Notes: generated by a model not told the origin, from the sequence alone. A DNA stretch of 64,000 nt from Patescibacteria group bacterium (GCA_038065555.1 JBBTQS010000001.1:363751-427750), one strand, 5' to 3'; numbered from the stretch's first letter, positions 1-10,210 are shown. Numbers and translations are program-made.

Positions 1-533
1 TAGAGATCGTACAACAACTGGTAGTACTCACCCTTGCGACCAAATACAACGGGCGCAAAAACCAGCACAGGTTCGAACGTGTCAGCCGCTCCTTCGCCAT
101 GTGTTGTTGCGATGACGCGCGACACGATTTCTTCCGGAGCCATCTTCGCAATAGGTCGCTCACACAGCACACAATGCGGCCGACCAATGCGCGCGTAGAG
201 CACGCGCAAGTAGTCATAGATCTCCGTGATGGTTGCAACGGTCGAGCGCGGATTCGCAGAATGCGCCTTTTGATCAATGGCGATTGCTGGCGAGAGTCCT
301 TCGATCTCATCCACATCTGGCTTCTCCATCACGCCGAGGAATTGTCGAGCATATGCTGACAATGATTCCACATACCGACGCTGCCCTTCGGCAAAAATAG
401 TATCAAAAGCAAGTGAAGACTTGCCCGAACCAGAGAGTCCCGTGAACACAACCATTTTGTTGCGTGGGATCTCGAGCGAGATGTTCTTCAGGTTGTGCTC
501 GCGCGCACCCTTGATGGTGATGAGTTCTTTCAT
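1..533 (-). CDS. uvrA: Excinuclease ABC subunit A (UvrA), N-terminal part; gene continues beyond the window start
   Basis: The minus-strand translation from the ATG at 533 reads [67 protein letters not shown]..., a canonical UvrA N-terminus with Walker A. The start overlaps the uvrB stop (ATGA). Confidence 0.9.
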   Translation of the reverse strand, partial: MKELITIKGAREHNLKNISLEIPRNKMVVFTGLSGSGKSSLAFDTIFAEGQRRYVESLSAYARQFLGVMEKPDVDEIEGLSPAIAIDQKAHSANPRSTVATITEIYDYLRVLYARIGRPHCVLCERPIAKMAPEEIVSRVIATTHGEGAADTFEPVLVFAPVVFGRKGEYYQLLYDL

Positions 534-2635
534 ACGGTTGGTTCTACGATTGCTTCTTTTTGTTTTTTCTTCCTCGTGCGCTCATTCGCTGCTTGCAGCT
601 TCTCGAGTGACATGACTTCGTCACGCAATACTGCTGCGAGCTCGAACTGCAATTCCTTCGCCGCTTCCTTCATTTGCTTTTGCTTCTCGCGAATAATCGT
701 TGAGATCGGACGCGTATCACCGGAGAGCTCAATATCTAGCACGCGATTCCCTGTCTTACCCGACTTCAATGCACGCGCGCCTTCACGCTCACGCTTTTGT
801 GCATCTGGAACGATGCCGAACTCCTCGACGAGGTTACGGATCGACTTCTGAATTGTCTTCGGTGTAATGCCGTGCTCCTTGTTATACGCAAGTTGAATCT
901 CGCGACGACGATTGGTCTCGCGAATCGCACGATCAAGTGAACCTGTCATCTTGTCTGCATACAACACCACTTGGCCACCAACGTTACGTGCCGCACGACC
1001 AATCGTCTGGATGAGCGATGTCTCCGATCGCAAGAATCCTTCCTTGTCCGCGTCGAGAATCGCAACGAGCGATACTTCGGGCAAATCCAAACCTTCACGC
1101 AACAAGTTCACACCAACGAGCACCTCAAAAATTCCCTTGCGAAAATCCGAAAGAATCTCGATGCGCTCAATGGTCTTGATATCACTGTGCAGATAGCGCG
1201 CTGGCACCTTGCGATCCGCGAGATACTGCGCAAGATCCTCAGCCATCTTCTTGGTAAGTGTCGTTACAATCGTACGTTCGCCACGCGCACGTCGCTCGTC
1301 AATGCGCACAAGCACATCATCAACTTGTGATGGCTGTGTTGCAGAACCTGTCACTGGCGCAATGATGATTTCAGGATCTACAAGTCCTGTTGGACGGATG
1401 ATCTGTTGCACAACACGATCCGCATGCTCGATCTCATACTTGCCTGGTGTTGCGCTCACACAAATCGTCTGCGGCATCTTCGTCTCGAACTCATGGAACT
1501 GCATCGGACGATTATCGCGCGACGATGGCAAACGGAATCCATAATCAATGAGCGTGTCCTTACGTGCACGATCACCATTGAACATGCCACCAATCTGCGG
1601 AATCGTAACGTGCGATTCATCAATCACAAGCAACCAATCACGCTCTTTGTAGAAGAAGTAGTCGAGCAATGTATGCGGTGCAGAATCTGCTGGACGACCA
1701 TCGAAGTACCGTGAATAATTTTCGATCCCTTTGCAGTAACCGATTTGCTCTACCATTTCCATGTCGTAGTTGGTGCGACGCTTGAGACGCTCGGCTTCGA
1801 GCTCTTTGCCTTCCGCCCGCAACTGTTCGAGACGCACAGCGAGCTCTGCGCGAATCGACTCCACCGCGCCCTTACGCGAAGATTCTGCAACAACATAATG
1901 CTTCGCCGGGAAAATCCACAAATCCCCTGTCACCGCCTCACGTCGACGCTCAATAGGATCCATCCACTCGATTGCGATAACCGTGTTATCTGGGGAGAGT
2001 TCGAGAATGTACACTTTTTCCTCACTCGTCGACATGATCTCCAGTTGATTGCCGCGCAACTTGAACTGTCCGCGATCGAGCTCGCCACTCACCCGCTCGA
2101 AATGCATTCCAATAAGTCGCTCGAGCAATACTCCACGACCAAAATTGTCACCAACGCGCACGCGCAATCGCGTGTTCTCATATTGCATCGGCGAACCGAT
2201 GTTATAAATGCAAGAAACTGATGCAACAACAATGACATCTTCACGTGTGAGGATCGCCTGCGTCGCACTGTGGCGCAGACGGTCAATCTCCTCGTTGATC
2301 ATCGCTTCCTTCTCAATATAGGTATCTGTGTTAGGCAAATACGCCTCTGGTTGATAGTAGTCGTAGTACGATACGAAGTACTCCACCGCGTTATTCGGGA
2401 AAAACTCTCGAAACTCGCTACACAACTGCGCCGCAAGCGTCTTATTGTGCGCCAGAACCAATGTCGGACGCTGCACCTGCTGGATCACATTCGCCACGCT
2501 GAACGTCTTACCCGTAGCTGTTCCACCCAATAATGTCTGCAAATGCTCGCGTTTTTGTAGACCATCGACAAGACTGGCGATCGCTTTGGGCTGATCTCCT
2601 GCAGGCTGAAATGGTGAAGTAAGTTGAAATGCCAT
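530..2635 (-). CDS. uvrB: Excinuclease ABC subunit B (UvrB)
   Basis: The ORF translation contains [21 protein letters not shown] (Walker A) and helicase motifs ([13 protein letters not shown]). I trimmed the start to the ATG at 2633-2635 ([11 protein letters not shown]). Confidence 0.93.
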   Translation of the reverse strand: MAFQLTSPFQPAGDQPKAIASLVDGLQKREHLQTLLGGTATGKTFSVANVIQQVQRPTLVLAHNKTLAAQLCSEFREFFPNNAVEYFVSYYDYYQPEAYLPNTDTYIEKEAMINEEIDRLRHSATQAILTREDVIVVASVSCIYNIGSPMQYENTRLRVRVGDNFGRGVLLERLIGMHFERVSGELDRGQFKLRGNQLEIMSTSEEKVYILELSPDNTVIAIEWMDPIERRREAVTGDLWIFPAKHYVVAESSRKGAVESIRAELAVRLEQLRAEGKELEAERLKRRTNYDMEMVEQIGYCKGIENYSRYFDGRPADSAPHTLLDYFFYKERDWLLVIDESHVTIPQIGGMFNGDRARKDTLIDYGFRLPSSRDNRPMQFHEFETKMPQTICVSATPGKYEIEHADRVVQQIIRPTGLVDPEIIIAPVTGSATQPSQVDDVLVRIDERRARGERTIVTTLTKKMAEDLAQYLADRKVPARYLHSDIKTIERIEILSDFRKGIFEVLVGVNLLREGLDLPEVSLVAILDADKEGFLRSETSLIQTIGRAARNVGGQVVLYADKMTGSLDRAIRETNRRREIQLAYNKEHGITPKTIQKSIRNLVEEFGIVPDAQKREREGARALKSGKTGNRVLDIELSGDTRPISTIIREKQKQMKEAAKELQFELAAVLRDEVMSLEKLQAANERTRKKKQKEAIVEPTV

Positions 2636-3141
2636 AGATATTGCAAATATGTTCCAAAAACGCACAAAACGGCCACTTTCGGGCCTTCTATAGCGACTTC
2701 TGTCTCAGATTCCATCCTAGCATGACCCACAAACCTTGACAATTTGCCCAAAAACTGCTAGTATTGGGCGCAACAGGAGGTAGTCCTATGGACATTCGAC
2801 AAAATAGGTGAGGTAGAGATCCCGGAAGATCTCCTCCGCCGCCCACTCTGTAGTACCACTCTCCGCACCTCGGTGCGGCGGCCACCAGGAGCTGGTTTCC
2901 TGAGATCTTGACCAAGGAGAAGGTGAATCCATGATCCCCGACGTGCACAAAGCACACGGCCTGACATACTGAAAAGTACGAAGGTTGGGGTAAAAAAACA
3001 ACAAAGCCGAGGCGACGAGCGAGTGCCAGGCGTCCACATAGGGCAAAATCTCGCACGGTGGCAATTCCGACCATCGGTGGCGCTAACGGCTAGCGCAACT
3101 CGGAAAATAGGCTCGACGCAAATCCAACTGCGGCGGGCCTT

Positions 3142-4146
3142 TTACTTTTTTTCACCCTCTTCTTCGATAGCATCTCCTAGTGTATCGGAGACTAGAGCGT
3201 ATGCCGCATCACGCATACTTGGGTATGAGGTCCCCATTTGCACCAAGGGCTGAATACTTGCCGGGGACCACGCATGCAACCGTTTGATAAATAGGTAGGT
3301 ACCATTACGTGCGTCCAAGTAGACTTGATTTTTTAATTCATGGAGCTGCACCCCTGGGTGGTGAGTAATATACTCCTCCATAACTGCCTCAAGAATACGG
3401 GTTGCTGGCCCAAGAGAGGTAATAGAAGTTATTGACTCACGAATAGGCGAATTCTCTGGTATTCCTTTTGCGTCACACCATTCATGACGAACCTGGCAAG
3501 CGATCAATTCCATCACCGCTTCGTGATATCCTTCAAGCCCCCGATCACGAAGCTTCCAGAAATCACCAAGCGCTTTCGCAGCAAATCGATTACCCTCGCG
3601 ACGTTGACGGAACTTCGCTTGCGAATTAAGGACCACACCCTCATGTTTCCCCTCAAGTGATTCAATCTGAAGCACTTGCTTTGCGGCAAGGTGACTGAGT
3701 TCATGCGATAACACCTGTAGTCGTTTCTCCTCATCCGCATACGGAGGGAAATACACATGACTATTCTGCACAAAAGCTTGATACGCATCATGCAACTCAG
3801 GAGTAGTCGCTACTCTTGCTTGGATGGTTGAAGGTTGCACTGGTACGAATTGATCCGCACGCGCAACAGGCTCATGCACCCCCAACTTAGACCAAAATGC
3901 TTGTGCAGCGATAAGCAGTTCTTGAATGGTTTGCAATTCTTCGCGGCTTGGCTCTCGATCAGCGTCTAGTACCGCTCTTTCGTTTGATGCAATTGCCTCT
4001 TGCGCAAATTGTGCTCGCTGTTCTGGAGTCCAAATCTGCTTCTTGTATGCAAGGTGCATTTCCTCAGGATCGCTCTCCTTCGGGAGAGGAGGGTGGGTCT
4101 GCGCAAATCGCACCTCTACATTGCGTCGTGATTCGTAGGAAGCCAT
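3142..4146 (-). CDS. Hypothetical protein with an HExxH (HELSH) putative zinc-metallopeptidase motif
   Basis: 334-aa ORF with good coding appearance. An HELSHLAAKQ motif resembles ImmA/IrrE or YgjP-like metallopeptidase signatures. No other recognisable domain. Confidence 0.6.
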   Translation of the reverse strand: MASYESRRNVEVRFAQTHPPLPKESDPEEMHLAYKKQIWTPEQRAQFAQEAIASNERAVLDADREPSREELQTIQELLIAAQAFWSKLGVHEPVARADQFVPVQPSTIQARVATTPELHDAYQAFVQNSHVYFPPYADEEKRLQVLSHELSHLAAKQVLQIESLEGKHEGVVLNSQAKFRQRREGNRFAAKALGDFWKLRDRGLEGYHEAVMELIACQVRHEWCDAKGIPENSPIRESITSITSLGPATRILEAVMEEYITHHPGVQLHELKNQVYLDARNGTYLFIKRLHAWSPASIQPLVQMGTSYPSMRDAAYALVSDTLGDAIEEEGEKK

Positions 4147-4191
4147 AGTGGCTTCATTCTACCACACCTTTCTGGTACACTGGACACGACT

Positions 4192-4833
4192 ATGCGACAA
4201 GACACTGGCACCAAAACAGGTTCATCTATTGAGTTCGCAACAGACGAACCAAAGGAGAAATCCAAACAAGCACTACGCAGTTGCGCCGAGCGATCCTGCG
4301 CAACAGGTGCGGGGTGCATTACGATTGTACTTATTGCCATCGCACTCCTCTTGCGGTTGTTCCTTGGTGGCGGAACCGAAGAAATCGTGGGCGTACCATC
4401 ACAGGTACCGCAGAACTTCCCTATCTTGGAGCGCGACAGCATGCACGGCTCAGAGCTCACAACCACACAACACAAATCCCGGCTCGTCCAAGCATCGCTC
4501 TGGTGGCCACGAATGCTCATGGCACTCAACGCAAATGGGTTTAGTGATGCAACACTGCGCACACAAGCAATTGAGAACACCATGCGGGATACCTTGCACG
4601 CATCACGTGATACCGTAACACTCACCTGGAAGAAGATCCCCCGAGATCGCACAGTGTGGTTGCAATCCTACCGCGATGCGCTGACCACTGCTGGGTACAC
4701 GATTCTCGCAACCACAGACACGACGATTGCCTTCTCTGCTGATCGTGTTACAGGCCTCCTCACCATTGTCGATTCAGAGTACACTGAGCATATTGATGAC
4801 GCCTCGCTCGTACTGCATATTTCACAGCCGTGA
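4192..4833 (+). CDS. Hypothetical membrane-anchored protein
   Basis: 213-aa ORF with one hydrophobic segment (ITIVLIAIALLLRLFLGG). The stop lies 1 nt before the murJ ATG. Confidence 0.55.
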   Translation: MRQDTGTKTGSSIEFATDEPKEKSKQALRSCAERSCATGAGCITIVLIAIALLLRLFLGGGTEEIVGVPSQVPQNFPILERDSMHGSELTTTQHKSRLVQASLWWPRMLMALNANGFSDATLRTQAIENTMRDTLHASRDTVTLTWKKIPRDRTVWLQSYRDALTTAGYTILATTDTTIAFSADRVTGLLTIVDSEYTEHIDDASLVLHISQP

Positions 4834-4834
4834 C

Positions 4835-6457
4835 ATGCTCTCCTTCTTGAATGGCAAATCCAAATCCATCACTGGCGCAGCAATGGTACTTGCCGCTGCG
4901 TCATTTCTGAGCCGCTTCATCGGAATTTTTCGTGAGCGCATCTTTGCATCACAGTTTGGCACTGGCGACTTGGTAGATGCGTATGTCGCTGCATTTCGAA
5001 TCCCAGACCTCCTCTATATGTTGCTGGTGATGGGAGCACTCTCTGCTGGATTCATCCCCGTCTTCACGAGTTTGTGGCAGAAGGACACAGAACGCGCATG
5101 GCGACTCGTCTCCACCGCACTCAATATTCTCGGAATAGTACTCATTATTGTGAGCGGCGTACTTATTGTCTTTGCGCCAGCAGTCACCGCAGTCATCGTT
5201 CCAGGATTCTCGCCAGAAAAGATGGAACTCACGACGCGACTCATGCGCGTTATTTTCATCAGCCCGATCATCCTGGGGCTGAGCGCCATTGTGAGCGGTG
5301 TGTTGCAGTCACTGCATTATTTTGTAATCTACGCACTCACGCCGATTCTCTACAACCTTGGTATTATTGCTGGTGCGGTATTTCTGGTGCCGTACTTCGG
5401 ACCAATGGGACTTGCGTACGGTGTACTCATCGGCGCACTCCTCCACTTGTGCATTCAGTTGCCGGCACTGTGGCGCGCAGGATTCCGCTGGCGCCACCAC
5501 ATTGATTGGCGCATGAAGGAGTTGCACCAAATCATCCGCATCATGGTCCCCCGCGCTATTGGACTTGGCGCAACACAATTCACAATCATCGCACTCACAT
5601 CATTTGCTTCCACCTTCTCTGTAGGCGCACTTGCGATCTTCCACTACGCGAACAATTTGCAGTCATTTCCTGTCGGGATCATTGGTATTTCGTTTGCCAT
5701 TGCGGCGTTCCCCACACTCTCAGCATTAGCTGCGAAGGGAGATATTGAATCGTTTGTGTCGCACGTGAGCGCGACGCTGCGTCAGGTTATTTTCTTCATG
5801 GTGTTGCTCACGGTGTACTTCCTGTTGTTGCGCGCACAGATCACTCGCGTAGTTCTGGGCACAGGCGCATTCGATTGGAACGCAACCATCGCGACTGGGG
5901 ACGCACTTGCTCTCTTCTCGCTCTCTCTGATTCCCCAAGCAATTCTGCCGCTGCTCCAACGCGCGTTCTACGCACTGCATGATGCACGCACACCACTCAC
6001 TGCTGCGATCACTGGGCTCATTGCGACCATCGGACTTGCATATGGACTGGCCAACCACACTACTCTCGGAATCGCTGGCATCGCCCTTGCATTCTCTCTT
6101 GGTGTCACTGTCCAAGTAATTGTGCTGTGGTGGTTATTGCGCCGCCAAGTGGGGTCATTGGGAGAGGCTGGGAGTCTGCGCGCAATCTATACTATGGTCG
6201 GCGCCGGCCTTGTTGCAGGTATTGCTGTCCAGGTGAGCAAGACGCTCGTGGGAATGGCCATCGGTACTGAGACGTTCTGGGCGGTGTTTACGCAACTCGT
6301 GGTACCTGCTACGATCGGGGCACTGGTGTACGGTGGAATCCTCTACGCATTCAAATCTCCTGAAATGGTGAGCTTCGTCGCTGCAATCCGCTCCCGACTG
6401 TTCAAGAACCCAGGACCGACCGAAGAGCTCACCAACACCACTAGCGCCAACGAATAA
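4835..6457 (+). CDS. murJ: Lipid II flippase MurJ (MviN family)
   Basis: MLSFLNGKSKSITGAAMVLAAASFLSRFIGIFRERIFASQFGTGDLVDAYVAAFRIPDLLY is a typical MurJ N-terminus. The protein is polytopic, about 540 aa. ATG at 4835. Confidence 0.88.
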   Translation: MLSFLNGKSKSITGAAMVLAAASFLSRFIGIFRERIFASQFGTGDLVDAYVAAFRIPDLLYMLLVMGALSAGFIPVFTSLWQKDTERAWRLVSTALNILGIVLIIVSGVLIVFAPAVTAVIVPGFSPEKMELTTRLMRVIFISPIILGLSAIVSGVLQSLHYFVIYALTPILYNLGIIAGAVFLVPYFGPMGLAYGVLIGALLHLCIQLPALWRAGFRWRHHIDWRMKELHQIIRIMVPRAIGLGATQFTIIALTSFASTFSVGALAIFHYANNLQSFPVGIIGISFAIAAFPTLSALAAKGDIESFVSHVSATLRQVIFFMVLLTVYFLLLRAQITRVVLGTGAFDWNATIATGDALALFSLSLIPQAILPLLQRAFYALHDARTPLTAAITGLIATIGLAYGLANHTTLGIAGIALAFSLGVTVQVIVLWWLLRRQVGSLGEAGSLRAIYTMVGAGLVAGIAVQVSKTLVGMAIGTETFWAVFTQLVVPATIGALVYGGILYAFKSPEMVSFVAAIRSRLFKNPGPTEELTNTTSANE

Positions 6458-6469
6458 TTGCCGTTCCAC

Positions 6470-8287
6470 ATGCTCGACCGCATTCGCAATTTTTGCATCA
6501 TTGCACATATTGATCATGGCAAGTCCACACTCGCGGACCGTCTTCTCGAATTGACGCACACGGTGTCTGCGCGCGAAATGAAATCACAGTTGCTCGACCA
6601 GATGGATATCGAGCGCGAGCGCGGCATCACCATCAAATTGCAGCCAGTGCGCATGAAGTACACGCATCCGACGCGCAAGGAAGAGTACACACTCAACCTC
6701 ATTGATACGCCAGGACATGTGGACTTCACGTACGAAGTGTCACGATCACTCGCTGCTGTAGAAGGCGCGCTCTTGCTCGTAGACTGCACCCAAGGAGTGC
6801 AGGCACAGACACTTGCCAACCTCTATCTCGCACTCGAGCAGAACCTCGAGATTATTCCTGTCCTCAACAAGATCGATCTTCCTGCTGCTGAAGTAGAAAA
6901 AACCCGCGAGGAAATCAAAGGACTCATTGGCTGCCGCGACGAAGACATTATTCTCGCAAGCGGCAAGACTGGTGCTGGTGTGGAAGAAATTCTCCAAGCA
7001 ATTGTCGAACGTGTCCCTCCACCAAAGGGAGCAGAGTCTTCCCCACTTCGCGCATTGATTTTTGACTCCTACTACGATGAATTCCGCGGTGTAGTCGCGT
7101 CTGTGCGTGTTATTGATGGTGCGATGGATTCGCGTGCGCCATTGCGATTCATTGGAACTGGCCGCGACACCCAGCCGCTCGATGTTGGCTATTTCACTCC
7201 CAAGTTCAAGGTGACAGACCGTATTGCCACAGGCGAGATCGGCATGCTCGTCACAGGACTCAAAGACCTCAAGACCTGTCGCGTCGGTGACACCATCACT
7301 CTCACGTCCACTCGTGACGGCGTATTGCAACTCGAAGGATACAAAGAAATCAAGCCGATGGTTTTTGCCGGCATCTTCCCGAAGGAAGGCGACGGCTATT
7401 CTGCGCTGCGTGATGCGATGGAGCGACTCGTGCTGTCTGATTCGTCGTTGCAATTCGAACCTGAGCATTCACGTGCCCTTGGCTATGGATTCCGCTGCGG
7501 ATTCTTGGGTCTGTTGCACCTAGAAATTGTGCAGGAGCGATTGCGCCGCGAGCACCATCTTGAAATCACTGCGACGATTCCTTCGGTTGCGTACCGCGTG
7601 TCCAAGAATGACGGCGAAATTATCACCATCAAGAGTCCGCAGGATTTGCCGGAGCAGAATCACATTCGCAGTATCGAAGAGCCTTGGATGAATGTAGATA
7701 TTGTCACCACGCATGACACGATCGGCAATGTCATGACACTCGTGCAGGAGAAGCACGGTGAATACATCACCACAGAATTCCTCGCCTCAGTCACTGGCCA
7801 ACGCCGCGTGATTCTTCACTATCGCATGCCGCTTGCTGCGATCCTTGTAGACTTCTACGACAAGCTCAAGTCTGTGAGCTCTGGATACGCATCGCTCAAC
7901 TACGAGTTCTTCGAAATGCGTCCGGCTGATATTATCCGCCTCGACATCATGATCGCAGATGAGCCTGTTGAAGCACTCGCAACACTTGTCTGGCGCGAAG
8001 AAGCGTTCCACCATGGTAAGATCATCGTAGAGAAGTTGAAGGGCACGCTGCCGCAGCAAATGTTCGTGATCAAGATTCAAGCAACGATTGGTGGCAAAGT
8101 CATTGCGAGCGAACGCATCTCAGCACTTCGCAAAGACGTAACTGCCAAGCTGTACGGCGGTGACGTAACTCGCAAGCGCAAGCTGCTCGAAAAGCAGAAA
8201 AAAGGTAAGAAAAAAATGATGGAAATGGGTGCGGGCAAAGTCGATATCCCTCCTGAGGCGTATCTGGCAGTGCTGCGTCGCTCTTAA
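6470..8287 (+). CDS. lepA: Elongation factor 4 (LepA)
   Basis: IRNFCIIAHIDHGKSTLADRLL, DTPGHVDF and NKID G-domain motifs, plus the LepA C-terminal domain. The ATG at 6470 is preferred over the in-frame TTG at 6458. Confidence 0.93.
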   Translation: MLDRIRNFCIIAHIDHGKSTLADRLLELTHTVSAREMKSQLLDQMDIERERGITIKLQPVRMKYTHPTRKEEYTLNLIDTPGHVDFTYEVSRSLAAVEGALLLVDCTQGVQAQTLANLYLALEQNLEIIPVLNKIDLPAAEVEKTREEIKGLIGCRDEDIILASGKTGAGVEEILQAIVERVPPPKGAESSPLRALIFDSYYDEFRGVVASVRVIDGAMDSRAPLRFIGTGRDTQPLDVGYFTPKFKVTDRIATGEIGMLVTGLKDLKTCRVGDTITLTSTRDGVLQLEGYKEIKPMVFAGIFPKEGDGYSALRDAMERLVLSDSSLQFEPEHSRALGYGFRCGFLGLLHLEIVQERLRREHHLEITATIPSVAYRVSKNDGEIITIKSPQDLPEQNHIRSIEEPWMNVDIVTTHDTIGNVMTLVQEKHGEYITTEFLASVTGQRRVILHYRMPLAAILVDFYDKLKSVSSGYASLNYEFFEMRPADIIRLDIMIADEPVEALATLVWREEAFHHGKIIVEKLKGTLPQQMFVIKIQATIGGKVIASERISALRKDVTAKLYGGDVTRKRKLLEKQKKGKKKMMEMGAGKVDIPPEAYLAVLRRS

Positions 8288-8298
8288 TACACTATTGT

Positions 8299-10086
8299 AT
8301 GCGCGTTCTTTCGTTGACACTCCCTGTGGCTCTGGCCGCATTTGCACTCACCACCGCAACAGCCTCTGCTGCACCGTCTGGAATCGAGCAGCGCATGGGC
8401 AACTACGATCACTCCTGCTCCAAGGCTTCAGCACTCGCAAAGCGTGTCGCAGGACATGTTGTCGTTGAGCCCGAAGCACAAGGTGCACTCTGGTATATTG
8501 ATCCAGTTCGCTGTGATCGATATCGTATCTACCGCCCAGAAGATGTAGCGAATCTCACTGCAGCAACAGGCGTCGGCGTGAGCAACGCGAATCTTGCGAG
8601 ACTCGCGCTCGGATTCGACACCAAGTCTGACGATCCGCTTCCTTTTGCCCATTTGCGCGCGGGGGACCCTGATGAAGACGGTGATGGCGTTCCTGACATG
8701 TTGGAGCAGGCACTGGGAACCAATCCCAAGAATACAGACACTGATGCAGACTCATACAACGACATGGTGGAGTTGCGTAATGCCTACGATCCACTACGGG
8801 CCAACGCGCTGCGACTCCCCGTCGACCTCGCATTCACGAAAAAACTCGCAGGCAGATTCATTCTCCAGACAGAAACTCGCGGCCACGTCTGGTACGTAAG
8901 TCCCCGTGACAACCGACGCTACTTCCTCGGCGGCAATGCAACGTCTATGCGTGTGCTCGCTGCGATTGCGCTGGGAGTGAAATCCAAAGATCTCGCAACC
9001 ATTCCAGAGAGCCGATCTGTCTACGGATTGCCGACCAAGTCCAATGGCAAAATCCCGTTTGTACTCACCACACCTCCTGGATTCAAAACAAGTTTGTTTG
9101 CGAGTGGTTTGCTTGCGCCGCGTGTCATGGTTTTTGCACCTGATGGCACCATGCTCGTGACTGATCTTGTGGACCGCACCGTTGTTGCACTGCCCGACGA
9201 CAACCGCGATGGTATCGCTGATCGTCGCGTGCTCGTGTTGAGCAACCTCCTCTTCCCTAATGGATTAGCGTTCCTCGATGGACGACTCTTTGTTGCACAA
9301 GAAGATGGGATTTATAGCTACGCATACGACAGCAAATCCTACCGCGCAAGTGGTGCCACAAAAATCATGGAGTTGCCAACAGGTGGTGAGCATCGCACTC
9401 GAAGTATATTTGTTGGTCCAGACAAGATGCTCTACGTCAGCATTGGATCTAGTTGCAATGTGTGTCGTGAGACTGATGGTAGATTTGCCACAATCTGGCG
9501 TATCTCCCCTGACGGGACGACCAAAACTCTCTTTGCCAAGGGTGTGCGCAATACAGTCTTCGGCGCATTTGATCCCGAAGGACGACTCTGGGGTAATGAT
9601 ATGGGGCGCGATGAAATGGGACACGATCTACCACCTGATGAAGTCAACATTATCCGAGAAGGCGGAACATTTGGCTGGCCCAACTGCTATGGCGACAATG
9701 TCCCTGATCCATCAATGGCAACTGCCACTGACTGTGCAGGACTTGATGCGCCTGCGCACATGTACGCGGCGCACGTAGCACCACTTGGCATGGTATTCGT
9801 AGATTCGAAGAAGTTCCCACCAGAATGGCAGGGCGATATTCTCAGCGCGCTGCATGGTTCGTGGGATCAAGAAAATCCTACGGGATATACCGTCGTTCGA
9901 CTGCATCGCCAAGGCACAACCATCATTGAGGAGGAAGTGGTGATCTCAGGATGGAAACGCCTCATCGAAGGCCAGAATCCTGCTCGCACCGCTCATGGTC
10001 GTCCAACAGGACTCGCATTTGGCCCTGACGGATCGCTCTTCATCAGCGACGACAAGTCAGGTATGATATATCGCGTAACCCGTTAG
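8299..10086 (+). CDS. Secreted PQQ-dependent sugar/sorbosone dehydrogenase-like beta-propeller protein with a duplicated N-terminal domain
   Basis: Signal peptide (MRVLSLTLPVALAAFALTTATASA). Two N-terminal repeats (WYIDPVRCDRYRIY and HVWYVSPRDNRRYF). An Asp-rich Ca-binding-like stretch (DPDEDGDGVPD...NTDTDADSYND). C-terminal GSDH-like motifs (GLAFLDGRLFV, TFGWPNCYG, GLAFGPDGSLFISD). Confidence 0.7.
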   Translation: MRVLSLTLPVALAAFALTTATASAAPSGIEQRMGNYDHSCSKASALAKRVAGHVVVEPEAQGALWYIDPVRCDRYRIYRPEDVANLTAATGVGVSNANLARLALGFDTKSDDPLPFAHLRAGDPDEDGDGVPDMLEQALGTNPKNTDTDADSYNDMVELRNAYDPLRANALRLPVDLAFTKKLAGRFILQTETRGHVWYVSPRDNRRYFLGGNATSMRVLAAIALGVKSKDLATIPESRSVYGLPTKSNGKIPFVLTTPPGFKTSLFASGLLAPRVMVFAPDGTMLVTDLVDRTVVALPDDNRDGIADRRVLVLSNLLFPNGLAFLDGRLFVAQEDGIYSYAYDSKSYRASGATKIMELPTGGEHRTRSIFVGPDKMLYVSIGSSCNVCRETDGRFATIWRISPDGTTKTLFAKGVRNTVFGAFDPEGRLWGNDMGRDEMGHDLPPDEVNIIREGGTFGWPNCYGDNVPDPSMATATDCAGLDAPAHMYAAHVAPLGMVFVDSKKFPPEWQGDILSALHGSWDQENPTGYTVVRLHRQGTTIIEEEVVISGWKRLIEGQNPARTAHGRPTGLAFGPDGSLFISDDKSGMIYRVTR

Positions 10087-10089
10087 TCT

Positions 10090-10191
10090 ATGCAAAAGAA
10101 AAAAGTGCTCAAAATTACCTGGGCCGTTGTGTGCGGTATCATGATCCTCTCTCTCCTTTTCCTTGAACTTGCGCCGATTTTCAGTTACTAA
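10090..10191 (+). CDS. Candidate small hydrophobic peptide (33 aa)
   Basis: ATG...TAA encoding MQKKKVLKITWAVVCGIMILSLLFLELAPIFSY, with a Lys-rich N-terminus followed by one TM helix. It sits in the gap between the dehydrogenase-like gene and recJ. No clear SD sequence. Confidence 0.3.
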   Translation: MQKKKVLKITWAVVCGIMILSLLFLELAPIFSY

Positions 10192-10210
10192 CGCGCTGTA
10201 ATTCAGGAGC

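Noticed and set aside
2776-2880. SRP (4.5S) RNA in the uvrB upstream gap
   Set aside because: A CCAGG...CCAAGG pattern and a GAGATC-CCGGAA-GATCTC hairpin superficially recall SRP helix 8. The GGAA-tetraloop/asymmetric-loop architecture and the conserved GGUCC-GGAA-GGAAGCAGCCAAGG sequence are not present.
2688-3074. Small minus-strand ORFs (2688-3074, 2758-3039, 2786-3064) in the uvrB upstream gap
   Set aside because: There are three mutually overlapping frames with no RBS and odd composition (Trp/Cys/Pro-rich). The region looks like structured non-coding RNA or regulatory DNA rather than protein-coding sequence.
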